From: Candidatus Parcubacteria bacterium
GTDB taxonomy: Bacteria > Patescibacteriota > Minisyncoccia > Minisyncoccales > JAUWXI01
DNA: 30,903 nucleotides
Assembly: GCA_030616435.1 (NCBI GenBank)
Contig: JAUWXI010000001.1
Location: forward strand, 1 to 30,903
Direction of reading: 5' to 3'
The notes under the pieces: generated by a model
Told to the model about the DNA's origin: nothing
The model's input: the letters and a program-made list of their open reading frames with translations, nothing else
The model's database searches: none
Shown here: positions 1 to 7,201 of the stretch, in pieces
How the letters are laid out: each line of letters starts with the position of its first letter
How positions within the stretch are numbered: position 1 is the first letter of the stretch
Position numbers and translations under genes: made by a program

Positions 1-1204
1 CTAAAATTCCTTTCCTCAAAACGGTCTGACGAGCTTTACTAGCCGCCATTCTTGCTCTAGCTGCCAAAATGCACTTTTCCATAATTGCCCTAGCATCCTG
101 AGGATTTCTTTCTAGAAAATCAAGCAAGGTTTCAGAAACAACTTGATCAACGGCTAAGCGGGCTTCTGGATTCCCCAATTTTGATTTCGTCTGGCCCTCA
201 AATTGGGGATCTCTTATCTTCACTGAAACAACTCCTGTCAGCCCCTCTCTCATGTCTCTACCTTGTAAGTTCTCGTCTTTCTCCTTTAAAAATCCTTCTT
301 TTCTAGCGAAATCATTAAGAGTTCTTGTCAAGGCGGCTCTAAAACCTGTCAGGTGAGTACCTCCTTCTTTTGTAAAAATGTTATTGGCAAAACTTTCCTC
401 AAGATTTTCATACTCTTTTATGTATTGAAAAGCTGCTTCTACTAAAACTCCATTTTTCTCTCCTGAGGTATAGAAGATTTTTCCATGGACCAGAGGAGCC
501 TCCCTGGCTAAGTATTTAATATATGATTTAATCCCTCCCTCAAAATAGAATGTATAACTTCTTTCCTTTTCTTTTCTTTTGTCGCAGACCTGAATCTTTA
601 ATCCCTTTGTTAAATAGGCTTGCTGCCTGAGATGATTTAAAATTGTCTGGAAATCAAAATCTATCTTTTTGAAGATTTCAGGGTCTGGTTCAAAGATTAC
701 TTTTACACCGCTCTTTTTACATTTTCCTATCTTTTTCACTTTTGTTTTTGGTTTTCCTCTCGAATACTCTTGAGCATATTTAAAACCTTCCCTACAAACC
801 TCAACTTTCATAAACTTTGATAAAGCACAGACTACTGACACTCCAACTCCATGAAGTCCTCCTGAAACCCTATAAGCCTTCCCTCCAAATTTAGCTCCTG
901 CATGCAAATAGGTCATAACGGTCTCTAGGGCTGATTTTTTTGTCTGGGGATGTATCTCCACAGGAATACCCCTTCCATTGTCTTCAACCTCAACTCTATT
1001 GTTTGGCAAAAGGCTAACCTTAATTGTGTCACAAAAGCCTGCCATAGCTTCGTCGATACTATTATCACAGGTTTCAAATACTAAATGGTGAAGCCCTGAG
1101 GGACCGGTCGAACCAATGAAAAGAGCAGGTCTCTTCCTAACTGGCTCAAGACCCCTTAAGACAAAAATATCTTTAGCTTCATAAGTGGATTTTTTCTTTG
1201 GCAT
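1..1204 (-). CDS. gyrB: DNA gyrase subunit B, N-terminal ~401 aa (runs off the left edge; not in the ORF track)
   Basis: Manual translation from ATG at 1204: MPKKKSTYEAKDIFVLRGLEPVRKRPALFIG...DNSIDEAMAG...EDNGRGIP...LHAGAKFGGKAYRVSGGLHGVGVSVV...EGGTHLTGF...PQFEGQTKSKLGN. These are GHKL ATPase and transducer motifs of GyrB/ParE. Confidence 0.93.
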   Translation of the reverse strand, partial: MPKKKSTYEAKDIFVLRGLEPVRKRPALFIGSTGPSGLHHLVFETCDNSIDEAMAGFCDTIKVSLLPNNRVEVEDNGRGIPVEIHPQTKKSALETVMTYLHAGAKFGGKAYRVSGGLHGVGVSVVCALSKFMKVEVCREGFKYAQEYSRGKPKTKVKKIGKCKKSGVKVIFEPDPEIFKKIDFDFQTILNHLRQQAYLTKGLKIQVCDKRKEKERSYTFYFEGGIKSYIKYLAREAPLVHGKIFYTSGEKNGVLVEAAFQYIKEYENLEESFANNIFTKEGGTHLTGFRAALTRTLNDFARKEGFLKEKDENLQGRDMREGLTGVVSVKIRDPQFEGQTKSKLGNPEARLAVDQVVSETLLDFLERNPQDARAIMEKCILAARARMAASKARQTVLRKGIL

Positions 1205-1219
1205 AATTATTTTCTTACT

Positions 1220-3268
1220 TTATTTTCTCACTTCCCAGTCTGGATTTTTCTCTAAAGTTTCAATAATTTTTTGATGGATTTTTTCAATTTCTTCTGATTT
1301 TAAAGTCCTATCTTCTGCCTGATAAACTATATGGAAAGCTAGGTTCTTTTTACCTCCTGGGATTTCTTCACCCTCATAGAGGTCAAAGAGGTCAACATCC
1401 TGAACCAGATCACCTCCGGCTTCATTAACCTTGTTTAAAACTTCAGCTACCTTTACCTCTCTTGGAACGAGCACTGCCAAGTCTCTCACAGCTGCAGGAT
1501 AAGGAGATACAGGCTTAAACTCTTGCTCCTCACAAGCTAATTTTTGCAATTTTTCAAAATCAAATTCAAACGCCAGAACCTGACCCTTTATCTCAAAATC
1601 CCTTGTTTCACCAAAAAATCCAATTTCTTTCTCCCCCACCTTAATTTCTCCACATTTTTTTGGATGCCAAAAATCTCCTTTTTCCTCAGGGGTTGGTTCA
1701 AAAATGTCATACCAAATATCTGCAAGCCCTAATTTTTCCAAAAGTAAATCAGTTATTCCCTTAATTTCTGAAAGCCCATCTTCTTTTTTTTCTTTCCTGG
1801 CAATAATCCCAGTTAGCATCCTTTTTTCCTCAACGCTCAACTCCTTACTTTTAACATTCGACTTTCGGTATACTTTTCCCAACTCAAAGATCTTTAATTC
1901 ATCGAAAAACTTAAAGTTCTCTCTTACATTCTTCAACAAATTAGGGAAAAGAGAAGGCCTTAAATACTTATATTTTCTACTTAAAGGATTTTCCAACTCC
2001 AACAAATTTTCTTTATCAAATGAAAACTTGTCTGGTGTTCCTTCACCTATAAATGAATAATTGTATACTTCAGTGAAACCTGCTGTTTTCAGAATATCTC
2101 CCACCTTTTCTTCCCAGAAAATATTCTCGTTTCTTTTGGGAGGAATAAGAGAAGCTTTAGGAAATATGGCAGGGATTTTGTTAAAATCTGTAATCCTTCC
2201 GATTTCTTCAATCAAGTCTTCTGGTAAAGAAACATCTAACCTGAAACTGGGAACTTCAACAATCAAATGTTCAGTTTCGTCTTTAAGAATTTTAAATTCC
2301 AGACTCTTTAAAATCCTCAAAATTTCCCTTTTTGAAATTTTTACTCCCAGTAACCTTTCCACATAATCCAAAACTAATCTAATCCTTCTTGGTCCAACTT
2401 TTAGAGGATAAAAATCAATTAAGCCTTTGGCTACTTTTGCACTAGCTCCCTTTTGAATTAAGAAAGCTGCTCTGTTAATAGCAAACTCTGTTAAATCAGC
2501 TGAAATTCCATGCTCAAAACGCCAGGAAGCATCTGTTCTCAATTTTAATGATTTGGAACCTCTTCTAATTGTCTTTCTTTCAAAATTTGCTCCCTCTAAA
2601 ACAACAATTTTTGTTTTTTTATCAATTTCTGGAAGCTTTCCTCCTTTTATACCTGCTATTCCCACTGGATCTTTTGAATCTGCAATCACTAAAATTTCTT
2701 TATCTAAATTAAATTTTTGATTATCTAAAGTCACAATTTTTTCCCCTTTTTTTGCAAACCTGACAACAATCTTTTTATCCTTTAATTTTTGAAGATCGAA
2801 GGCATGAAGAGGCTGGCCTGTTTCCAACATCACATAATTTGCAATATCGACAATATTATTAATAGGTCTTACCCCACAAGCTTCTAATCTTTCTTGGATG
2901 TATTTTGGAGAAGGACCGACTTTAACATCAGTGAAAACTCTTGCTGTATAGCGAGGACAAGTGTTTTTATCTCTAATTTCAATATTAACAAAATCTTTAA
3001 CTTTGAGCTCTTTGTCCTCTTTTGGTTTGGAACTTGGTATTTGGAATTTAGAATTTGTAATAACTGCTATTTCCCTGGCTATTCCAAGATGAGAAAAACA
3101 ATCTGAAGCTCTATTTGGCCTGACATTAATATCTAAGACCCAATCTGTGCCCTTTTTCTTCACTTCCTCTGCTTCAAAAGTATGTATTGTTAAAAGCTCA
3201 GCCAATTTTTCAGGCTTTGGTAATTTTCCTTTTACATAATCTTGTAACCAATTGTAAGAAAAAAGCAT
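1220..3268 (-). CDS. pheT: Phenylalanine--tRNA ligase beta subunit, short form lacking the B2 tRNA-binding OB domain
   Basis: PNRASDCFSHLGIARE, NNIVDIANYVMLETGQPLHAFD, LRTDASWRFE, PSFRLDV...DLIEEIGR, and a C-terminal FDX-ACB domain (VRDLA...DLYEG...KNLAFHIVYQ). Directly downstream of pheS. Confidence 0.97.
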   Translation of the reverse strand: MLFSYNWLQDYVKGKLPKPEKLAELLTIHTFEAEEVKKKGTDWVLDINVRPNRASDCFSHLGIAREIAVITNSKFQIPSSKPKEDKELKVKDFVNIEIRDKNTCPRYTARVFTDVKVGPSPKYIQERLEACGVRPINNIVDIANYVMLETGQPLHAFDLQKLKDKKIVVRFAKKGEKIVTLDNQKFNLDKEILVIADSKDPVGIAGIKGGKLPEIDKKTKIVVLEGANFERKTIRRGSKSLKLRTDASWRFEHGISADLTEFAINRAAFLIQKGASAKVAKGLIDFYPLKVGPRRIRLVLDYVERLLGVKISKREILRILKSLEFKILKDETEHLIVEVPSFRLDVSLPEDLIEEIGRITDFNKIPAIFPKASLIPPKRNENIFWEEKVGDILKTAGFTEVYNYSFIGEGTPDKFSFDKENLLELENPLSRKYKYLRPSLFPNLLKNVRENFKFFDELKIFELGKVYRKSNVKSKELSVEEKRMLTGIIARKEKKEDGLSEIKGITDLLLEKLGLADIWYDIFEPTPEEKGDFWHPKKCGEIKVGEKEIGFFGETRDFEIKGQVLAFEFDFEKLQKLACEEQEFKPVSPYPAAVRDLAVLVPREVKVAEVLNKVNEAGGDLVQDVDLFDLYEGEEIPGGKKNLAFHIVYQAEDRTLKSEEIEKIHQKIIETLEKNPDWEVRK

Positions 3269-3269
3269 A

Positions 3270-4295
3270 TTAAAATTGCTTCAAAAATCTTAAATCACCT
3301 GAATGGAACAATCTAATGTCATTAATCTTGTATTTCATCATAGCCAACCTATCTAATCCCATACCAAAAGCAAAGCCCTGCCAATTTTTTGGATCCAATC
3401 CTGAATTCTTGAAAACAGAAGGATGAACCGTTCCCGCCCCCATCATCTCCAGCCAGCCAGTTCTTTTACAAACAGAGCATCCTTTCCCTCCACAAACCAC
3501 ACAGGTTATAGAAATATCAAAAGAAGGCTCAGTAAAGGAAAAATAGTCAGGACTTAGTCGAACCTTTATAGGCTTTTTGAAGAATTTTCCGAAAAACTCC
3601 TGGATGACAGCTTTAAAGTTAGCAACAGAGATCTCTTTTCCTACCATTAATCCTTCAACTTGATAAAATTGCATTTCATGGGAAGCATCAGTTGCTTCAT
3701 GCCGAAAAACTTTACCTAGAGCAATAATCCTTAAAGGAGGTTTGTGTTTTTCCATATACCTAATTTGAACCGGGGAAGTATGGGTTCTTAACAGGAGTTT
3801 GTTCTGGCGAAGCCAAAGAGTATCCCACTCATCTCTTGCTGGATGGTCTTTTGGAATATTCAAAGCATCAAAATTGTACCACTCTGTCTCAATTTCGGGC
3901 CCCTCAACTACTTCAAACCCCATTTGTTGAAAAATCTGACAGACCTCTCTTTTAATTAAAGTTAAAGGATGTAAATGACCCAGAGCTATTTTTTTGCCAG
4001 GAATTGTAACATCGACCCACTCCTTCTTTCCGATGCCTTTTTTAGCCTGCTTTCTAATCTCTTGGATTTTTTTATCGAACTTTCCCTCTAAAACATTTTT
4101 CAACTCGTTAGCTTTCTTGCCAATTTTTTTCCTTTCCTCAAGGGGTAATTCCTTTAGAGAGCCTAAAATTAAAGAAAGTTTTCCTTTCTTTCCCAAATAT
4201 TTTTTGAAAACCCGATTTAATTCCTTAAGATTTTTGGCCTTTTCTATCTCTTTTTGGGCCAAAATCTTAATTGATTTAAGTTCATTTTTTACCAT
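3270..4295 (-). CDS. pheS: Phenylalanine--tRNA ligase alpha subunit
   Basis: GHLHP, NFDALNIPKDHPARD, LLRTHTSPVQIR, FYQVEG, FTEPS, CxxC-GGKG-CxxC insert, GWLEMMGAG, GFAFGMGLDRLAM. Confidence 0.98.
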   Translation of the reverse strand: MVKNELKSIKILAQKEIEKAKNLKELNRVFKKYLGKKGKLSLILGSLKELPLEERKKIGKKANELKNVLEGKFDKKIQEIRKQAKKGIGKKEWVDVTIPGKKIALGHLHPLTLIKREVCQIFQQMGFEVVEGPEIETEWYNFDALNIPKDHPARDEWDTLWLRQNKLLLRTHTSPVQIRYMEKHKPPLRIIALGKVFRHEATDASHEMQFYQVEGLMVGKEISVANFKAVIQEFFGKFFKKPIKVRLSPDYFSFTEPSFDISITCVVCGGKGCSVCKRTGWLEMMGAGTVHPSVFKNSGLDPKNWQGFAFGMGLDRLAMMKYKINDIRLFHSGDLRFLKQF

Positions 4296-4318
4296 CTTTA
4301 AACTGAAATTCTACCTTC

Positions 4319-4347
4319 ATTTTAACAAATTTTAAAGTAAAAAGCAA
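4319..4347 (-). promoter_or_regulatory. sigma70-type promoter for pheS-pheT(-gyrB)
   Basis: Minus strand reads TTGCTT (4347-4342), 17 nt, TAAAAT (4324-4319), with TG at the extended -10 position. Confidence 0.6.
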
Positions 4348-4390
4348 ACTTTCTACAAAACAAAAAGGCCAACAAATTTGTGTTAAAGGC

Positions 4391-4418
4391 TTGATTTTAT
4401 TTTAAAAAAGAGTAAAAT
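4391..4418 (+). promoter_or_regulatory. sigma70-type promoter for the tRNA operon, divergent from pheS
   Basis: TTGATT (4391-4396), 16 nt, TAAAAT (4413-4418), ending 5 nt before the first tRNA base. Confidence 0.5.
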
Positions 4419-4423
4419 AATAA

Positions 4424-4751
4424 TGCGGGGTAGTGTAGTAGTAGCATACGAGGCTCATACATATTGTGTGACCCAAGATAGAAACATCTTGTGGAAAAAC
4501 TCTCGAAATTGCTGGAAAGCCATAAGAGCTTTTCTTGCTACAACGCAATCCAAAAGGATAAACGTGAATGCTTTAAAAAAGAAAAGATTTGGTAATCAGC
4601 AGCCAAGCCTAATACAAAAGTATTAGGAAGGTTCAGAGACTATAATGAGAGCTCCCTCCTGGTATTGGTGGGAGATGGGATAGTCCATTCCCTTTAGAAA
4701 CAAAGGGTAGTAAAGAACCTCGTGGCCTTGGTGCAAATCCAGGCCCCGCAA
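4424..4751 (+). tRNA. tRNA-Met(CAU), initiator-like, split by a group I intron (exon 1 4424-4458, exon 2 4716-4751)
   Basis: Joined exons fold as a cloverleaf: acceptor TGCGGGG/CCCCGCA plus A73, D stem GTGT/GCAT, anticodon stem CGAGG/CCTCG around loop CT-CAT-AA, T arm CTTGG-TGCAAAT-CCAGG. The acceptor stem resembles bacterial tRNA-fMet. No encoded CCA. Confidence 0.9.
4459..4715 (+). ncRNA. Group I self-splicing intron (257 nt, no ORF) at tRNA position 36/37
   Basis: P1 CATAC(4456-60)/GTGTG(4466-70) with a U.G pair at the splice site; P2 CAAGAT/ATCTTG; P3 CTCTC(4500-04)/GAGAG(4647-51); core elements P AATTGCTGGAAA, Q AATCAGCAGC, R GTTCAGAGACTA; P7 GACTA(4638-42)/TAGTC(4681-85); P6a CCTAATAC/GTATTAGG; P8 CTCCC/GGGAG; P9 CCCTTT/AAAGGG; terminal G at 4715. 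Confidence 0.93.
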
Positions 4752-4825
4752 GCCAGAGTAGCTCAGTGGTTAGAGCAACCGTTTCATAAGCGGTAGGTTC
4801 GTGGGTTCGATCCCCACCTCTGGCA
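4752..4825 (+). tRNA. tRNA with CAU anticodon (elongator Met or lysidine-modified Ile2; not resolvable by eye)
   Basis: Acceptor GCCAGAG/CTCTGGC plus A73, D stem GCTC/GAGC, anticodon stem ACCGT/GCGGT with loop TT-CAT-AA, T arm GTGGG-TTCGATC-CCCAC. No encoded CCA. Confidence 0.93.
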
Positions 4826-4827
4826 CA

Positions 4828-4901
4828 GGGGGCGTAGCTTAATTGGATAGAGTGCTGCCCTGTCACGGCAGTGGTTGCCGGTTCGAGTCCGGTCGCCCCC
4901 G
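4828..4901 (+). tRNA. tRNA-Asp(GUC)
   Basis: Acceptor GGGGGCG/CGCCCCC plus G73, anticodon stem CTGCC/GGCAG with loop CT-GTC-AC, T arm GCCGG-TTCGAGT-CCGGT. No encoded CCA. Confidence 0.96.
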
Positions 4902-4907
4902 CAAAAG

Positions 4908-4943
4908 AAAAACATCCTGAGATTATCTTCGGGATGTTTTTTT
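4908..4943. terminator. Bidirectional intrinsic terminator between the tRNA operon and the convergent gatCA/HEPN transcript
   Basis: AAAAA-CATCCTGA-GATTATCT-TCGGGATG-TTTTTTT: a stem flanked by an A-tract on the left and a T-tract on the right. Confidence 0.8.
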
Positions 4944-4958
4944 ACTTTTTAAATCTGT

Positions 4959-5468
4959 TTAAAAAATCTCCAAATTTTTAAAAGTTTTTTCGTAAATTCC
5001 AATTACTTCTTTAGCTTTCTTTTGAGTTAATCTGTAACCTGGGTCATGGACAATATTATTTCTGATTTTGTGGGCTCCCCAAACATCCTCTAAGTTAGGT
5101 AAAACATTATCTGGTACTTTTTTCAATCTTTCTCCCAAACTCTCCCCAGAATACCCCATTCTTCCCAAAACATTATTTAAAAAACTGTCGGCTTCGATTA
5201 CGGCCAGTTTGTACTCTGAAGCAATTTTCGCCTCCAACCTCTTTTTGGTTCTTTCCCAAGTTCTCACCATTCTTCGTTTTTCAAAACCTTTAAAAAGGAA
5301 AGCTTGAACAGAATACTTAGGAAAGAAAAATTCCCACCAATTACTGTGTCTAATAAAATAGATGATATAGCCAATTAAAACAGAAGAAAGAGTCAAGAAT
5401 ATGATTTTTAAGAAAAGCAGTCTTTGCTGAAGCTCAGTAGATGTAATTTGAGAAATGACCTCATTCAT
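4959..5468 (-). CDS. Membrane-anchored hypothetical protein with a HEPN-like helical domain (likely start ATG 5468, overlapping the gatA end)
   Basis: One hydrophobic segment (LLFLKIIFLTLSSVLIGYIIYFI), then a helical domain with LAVIEAD...LGERL...AHKIRNNIVH (R-x4-H motif). Confidence 0.75.
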   Translation of the reverse strand: MNEVISQITSTELQQRLLFLKIIFLTLSSVLIGYIIYFIRHSNWWEFFFPKYSVQAFLFKGFEKRRMVRTWERTKKRLEAKIASEYKLAVIEADSFLNNVLGRMGYSGESLGERLKKVPDNVLPNLEDVWGAHKIRNNIVHDPGYRLTQKKAKEVIGIYEKTFKNLEIF

Positions 5469-6897
5469 TGATTTCTTCAAAAATTTGGCCTAATTGAAAG
5501 AGACTATCTTCATAAAAAGGCTTTCCGATGATTTGCAGACCCACTGGCAGTTTTCCAACCTTTCCACAAGGAATAGCTAAGGCTGGAAGCCCGGCTAAAT
5601 TCACTGAAACAGTTAAAATATCAGCCAAATACATCGAAAGGGGGTCTTCAATCCTTTCTCCTATTTTAAAAGGTAAAACCGGAGAAACAGGGGTTAAAAG
5701 AAAATCAACTTTTTCAAAGGCTTTGTCAAAATCCTCTTTAATTAAAGTTCTTACTTTTTGGGCTCTTAGATAATAAGCCTCATAATAACCTGCAGACAAG
5801 GCATAAGTTCCCAACATTATTCTTCTTCTGACCTCATTTCCAAATCCCTCTTCCCTACTCTTTAAATAAACATCTAACAAGTTTTTAGCCCTCGGCTCTT
5901 TACTCTTTGTTATTGAATAGCCATATTTTATTCCATCAAACCTAGCCAAATTTGCCGAGACTTCAGAAGGCATAACCATATAATAAGTGGAAAGAGCATA
6001 TTTTGTGTGAGGCAAGCTCACTTCAAAAATTTTTACCCCCAGGTCCTCAATTTTTTTTATTGCTTCTTTTACAAGCTTTTCTATTTCAGGATCAATACCT
6101 TCAATAAAGTACTCTTTTGGAACGCCAATCCGAAGAGCTGAGGGCTGAAGATTAAAGGTTGGAACTTGTTTTTCAATACTAGTTGAATCAAGAGGGTCTT
6201 TTCCTGAAATTGCATCAAAAACTATCTTTGCATCTTCAACTGTTTTTGTAATAGGTCCTATCTGGTCTAACGATGAAGCCATAGCTATCAATCCATACCT
6301 TGAAACTGCTCCATAAGTAGTTTTAAGACCCACCACTCCACAAAAGGAGGCTGGTTGCCTAACTGAACCCCCGGTTTCAGAACCCAAAGCATAACAACAA
6401 AGATTAGCTGCTACTGCAGCTGCTGAACCTCCAGAAGAGCCACCTGGAACTCGAGTTAAATCGTGAGGATTTTTTGTAGGAAAAAAAGCAGAATTTTCAG
6501 TAGAAGAACCCATGGCAAATTCATCCATATTTGTCTTTCCTAAAATTACAGCTCCCTTCTCTTTTAATTTCTTTATGACTGTAGCGTCGTAAATAGCTAT
6601 GTAATTTTCTAAAATCTCAGAACCTGCTGTACATTTTACATCCTTAACTAAGATATTATCTTTTAAGGCCATGGGAATTCCAGCTAAAATGGGAAGTTCT
6701 TTTCCTCTTGAAATTAATTCATCCACTTTTTCAGCCTGGGATAAGGCAAGATCTTTTGTTTGAGTCAAAAAAGATGAAATTTTCTTATCTTTCAAAGAAA
6801 TCTCATCTAAAAAAGCTTTCGTTAACTCTTTGGCTGAAAATTCTTGGTTTTTTAAACCTAAGTGGGCTTGTTTTATTGTAAGTTCACAAAGTTTCAT
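5461..6897 (-). CDS. gatA: Asp-tRNA(Asn)/Glu-tRNA(Gln) amidotransferase subunit A
   Basis: Amidase signature ALKDNI, GKTNMDEFAMGSSTENS, PGGSSGGSAAAVA, GSETGGSVRQPA; also NLARFDG, EVRRRIMLGTYALSAGYYEAYY. Confidence 0.98.
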   Translation of the reverse strand: MKLCELTIKQAHLGLKNQEFSAKELTKAFLDEISLKDKKISSFLTQTKDLALSQAEKVDELISRGKELPILAGIPMALKDNILVKDVKCTAGSEILENYIAIYDATVIKKLKEKGAVILGKTNMDEFAMGSSTENSAFFPTKNPHDLTRVPGGSSGGSAAAVAANLCCYALGSETGGSVRQPASFCGVVGLKTTYGAVSRYGLIAMASSLDQIGPITKTVEDAKIVFDAISGKDPLDSTSIEKQVPTFNLQPSALRIGVPKEYFIEGIDPEIEKLVKEAIKKIEDLGVKIFEVSLPHTKYALSTYYMVMPSEVSANLARFDGIKYGYSITKSKEPRAKNLLDVYLKSREEGFGNEVRRRIMLGTYALSAGYYEAYYLRAQKVRTLIKEDFDKAFEKVDFLLTPVSPVLPFKIGERIEDPLSMYLADILTVSVNLAGLPALAIPCGKVGKLPVGLQIIGKPFYEDSLFQLGQIFEEINE

Positions 6898-6906
6898 TTA
6901 AACTTC

Positions 6907-7200
6907 TTACCTTCTGAAAATTGATTTTACCTTCAAAAAGGTATTTTCTCTTTCCGGAAAAGCTTTGATTAACTTTTTAACTTTTTCAATGTCCAACTTT
7001 TTGGCTACATCTTCCCTGAATACATTTTCAATCTTTAGAGTATGGGAAGTAGGCTCGACATTTTTAATATCTACTTCTTTTAATTTTTCAATATAATCTA
7101 AAATCGAAGAGAGTTCTCTTTGAAACTTTTCGATTTCAGGCTCAGTCAAACCCAATCTGGCTAATTTTGCTATGTGTTTTACTTCTTCTTTTGAAATCAT
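6907..7200 (-). CDS. gatC: Amidotransferase subunit C
   Basis: MISKEEVKHIAKLARL...ILDYIEKLKEVD...VEPTSH...FRED; adjacent to gatA. Confidence 0.96.
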   Translation of the reverse strand: MISKEEVKHIAKLARLGLTEPEIEKFQRELSSILDYIEKLKEVDIKNVEPTSHTLKIENVFREDVAKKLDIEKVKKLIKAFPERENTFLKVKSIFRR

Positions 7201-7201
7201 G

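Noticed and set aside
1-1204. gyrB as a pseudogene because it is missing from the ORF track
   Set aside because: The frame is open from 1204 to the window edge; it is only truncated by the window boundary.
4296-4390. T-box riboswitch upstream of pheS (also considered for alaS)
   Set aside because: The leaders are far too short and I see no T-box consensus (GGTGGNACCGCG).
4423-4626. 67-aa plus-strand ORF in the track
   Set aside because: It overlies tRNA exon 1 and the intron core, has no recognisable motifs, and has no LAGLIDADG, GIY-YIG or HNH signature, so it is not a homing endonuclease.
4633-4866. 77-aa minus-strand ORF in the track
   Set aside because: It is antisense to the intron 3' half and the tRNAs; GC-rich RNA genes commonly yield such open frames.
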